From a virus (lineage: Duplodnaviria > Caudoviricetes), in IMG/VR virus record IMGVR_UViG_3300012948_000019, positions 1-25,019 of that record: a stretch of 25,019 nt of DNA, one strand, 5' to 3'. The translations under genes and the position numbers were made by a program. The notes under the pieces were generated by a model. That model saw only the letters and a program-made list of their open reading frames with translations. It ran no database searches and was not told the origin of the DNA. Numbering within the stretch: position 1 is the stretch's first letter; each line of letters opens with the position of its first letter. This document shows, piece after piece, positions 24,407 through 25,019 of this stretch.

Positions 24407-25018
24407 CTAGCCGAGCTGGTCATGGACCAAATCTTTAAAGAAACCTGGCCCCGCGCTCGAGACCGCCGTCAGCCGCCCGCCGCCCTCAATCGTCGGCCGC
24501 AACGCCACCCACGTTTCAAACGCGTGATCCCAGAACGCCACCTCGTCGGCCAAGACGCTGGTAAACGTGTGCTGCCGCGCTTGCTCCTCGCCTTCCCCGA
24601 GCGCCACGATCTCGGAGCCATTCGGGAACCGAAGAAAACCGATGGAATACTCGACCTCGCAGACCGGAAAGGTCGCCGGCAGATGCTCGTGAATGAACTT
24701 CGCCCGGCGCACGAGCTCCGCCGATCCCTCCGTCTCCGTTTTCCCCAATTTGCGGGCCATGAACGCGACCTTGCTATTGCCGCAAAACCGCGCGAGCCAG
24801 TAATTGACCGCCACGAAGAGCCAGGTGACGACCATCCGCCGGCTTTTCGCCACCGCCAGCAAGGGTTGCTCCTGCCAGCGCCGCACCAAGAGCTCGGCAT
24901 AGGCTTGGCTCGGGTAGCGCCGCACGCGCCCCGTCACCTCGTCCCGCGTCCACACGCAGTCCCGCACAAACGCCCACGGGTCCCCGTCCCGGCCGTAGGT
25001 CGCTAACGTCTTCCGTTG
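24407..25018 (-). CDS. terL: Terminase large subunit ATPase domain only (5' end lies beyond the window)
   Basis: The frame is open to the window edge. Adenine-binding YPSQ, Walker A-like KSRRMVVTW, FPNGSEI, Walker B VLADEVAFW and motif III VSSA are present. The stop comes 14 residues after motif III. Confidence 0.8.
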   Translation of the reverse strand, partial: QRKTLATYGRDGDPWAFVRDCVWTRDEVTGRVRRYPSQAYAELLVRRWQEQPLLAVAKSRRMVVTWLFVAVNYWLARFCGNSKVAFMARKLGKTETEGSAELVRRAKFIHEHLPATFPVCEVEYSIGFLRFPNGSEIVALGEGEEQARQHTFTSVLADEVAFWDHAFETWVALRPTIEGGGRLTAVSSAGPGFFKDLVHDQLG

Positions 25019-25019
25019 C

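Larger units (their letters stand above)
1..25019. mobile_element. Temperate podovirus-like bacteriophage genome segment (attP intact, no host genes seen)
   Basis: Capsid, tail, integrase, replication, resolvase and terminase-type genes are tightly packed with ATGA/GTGA overlaps. No tape-measure, tube or sheath gene is seen. Phage genes lie on both sides of the att core. Confidence 0.93.

Overview
This GC-rich 25-kb window is part of a temperate, podovirus-like (short-tailed) phage genome, apparently in the excised or free state. The + strand (1-14118) carries a continuous virion operon: the end of a scaffold gene, an N4-gp56-like major capsid protein, adaptor and nozzle candidates, two tail-fibre paralogues, two paralogous GNAT acyltransferases and four putative ejection proteins. 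The - strand (14115-20188) carries xis-like and int genes, an attP (3' half of tRNA-Arg(UCG) flanked by twin arm-type repeats), a replication initiator with internal iterons, a helicase-loader-like gene, a RuvC-like resolvase and small zinc-finger, RHH and membrane genes. The region 20300-25019 holds small regulators, a recombination gene pair and an ATPase-only terminase fragment on the strand opposite the capsid gene. The best novelty candidate is the two GNATs sitting directly upstream of two otherwise unrelated ejection proteins that share a 20-21 aa leader (HDSRRYHR...PT..RAY|G), which suggests leader-directed processing and N-terminal Gly acylation. Second, attP lies inside the xis-int-rep gene run, so integration would cut the replication genes off from their upstream promoter. 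All product calls come from motifs and synteny read by eye; no database search was run.
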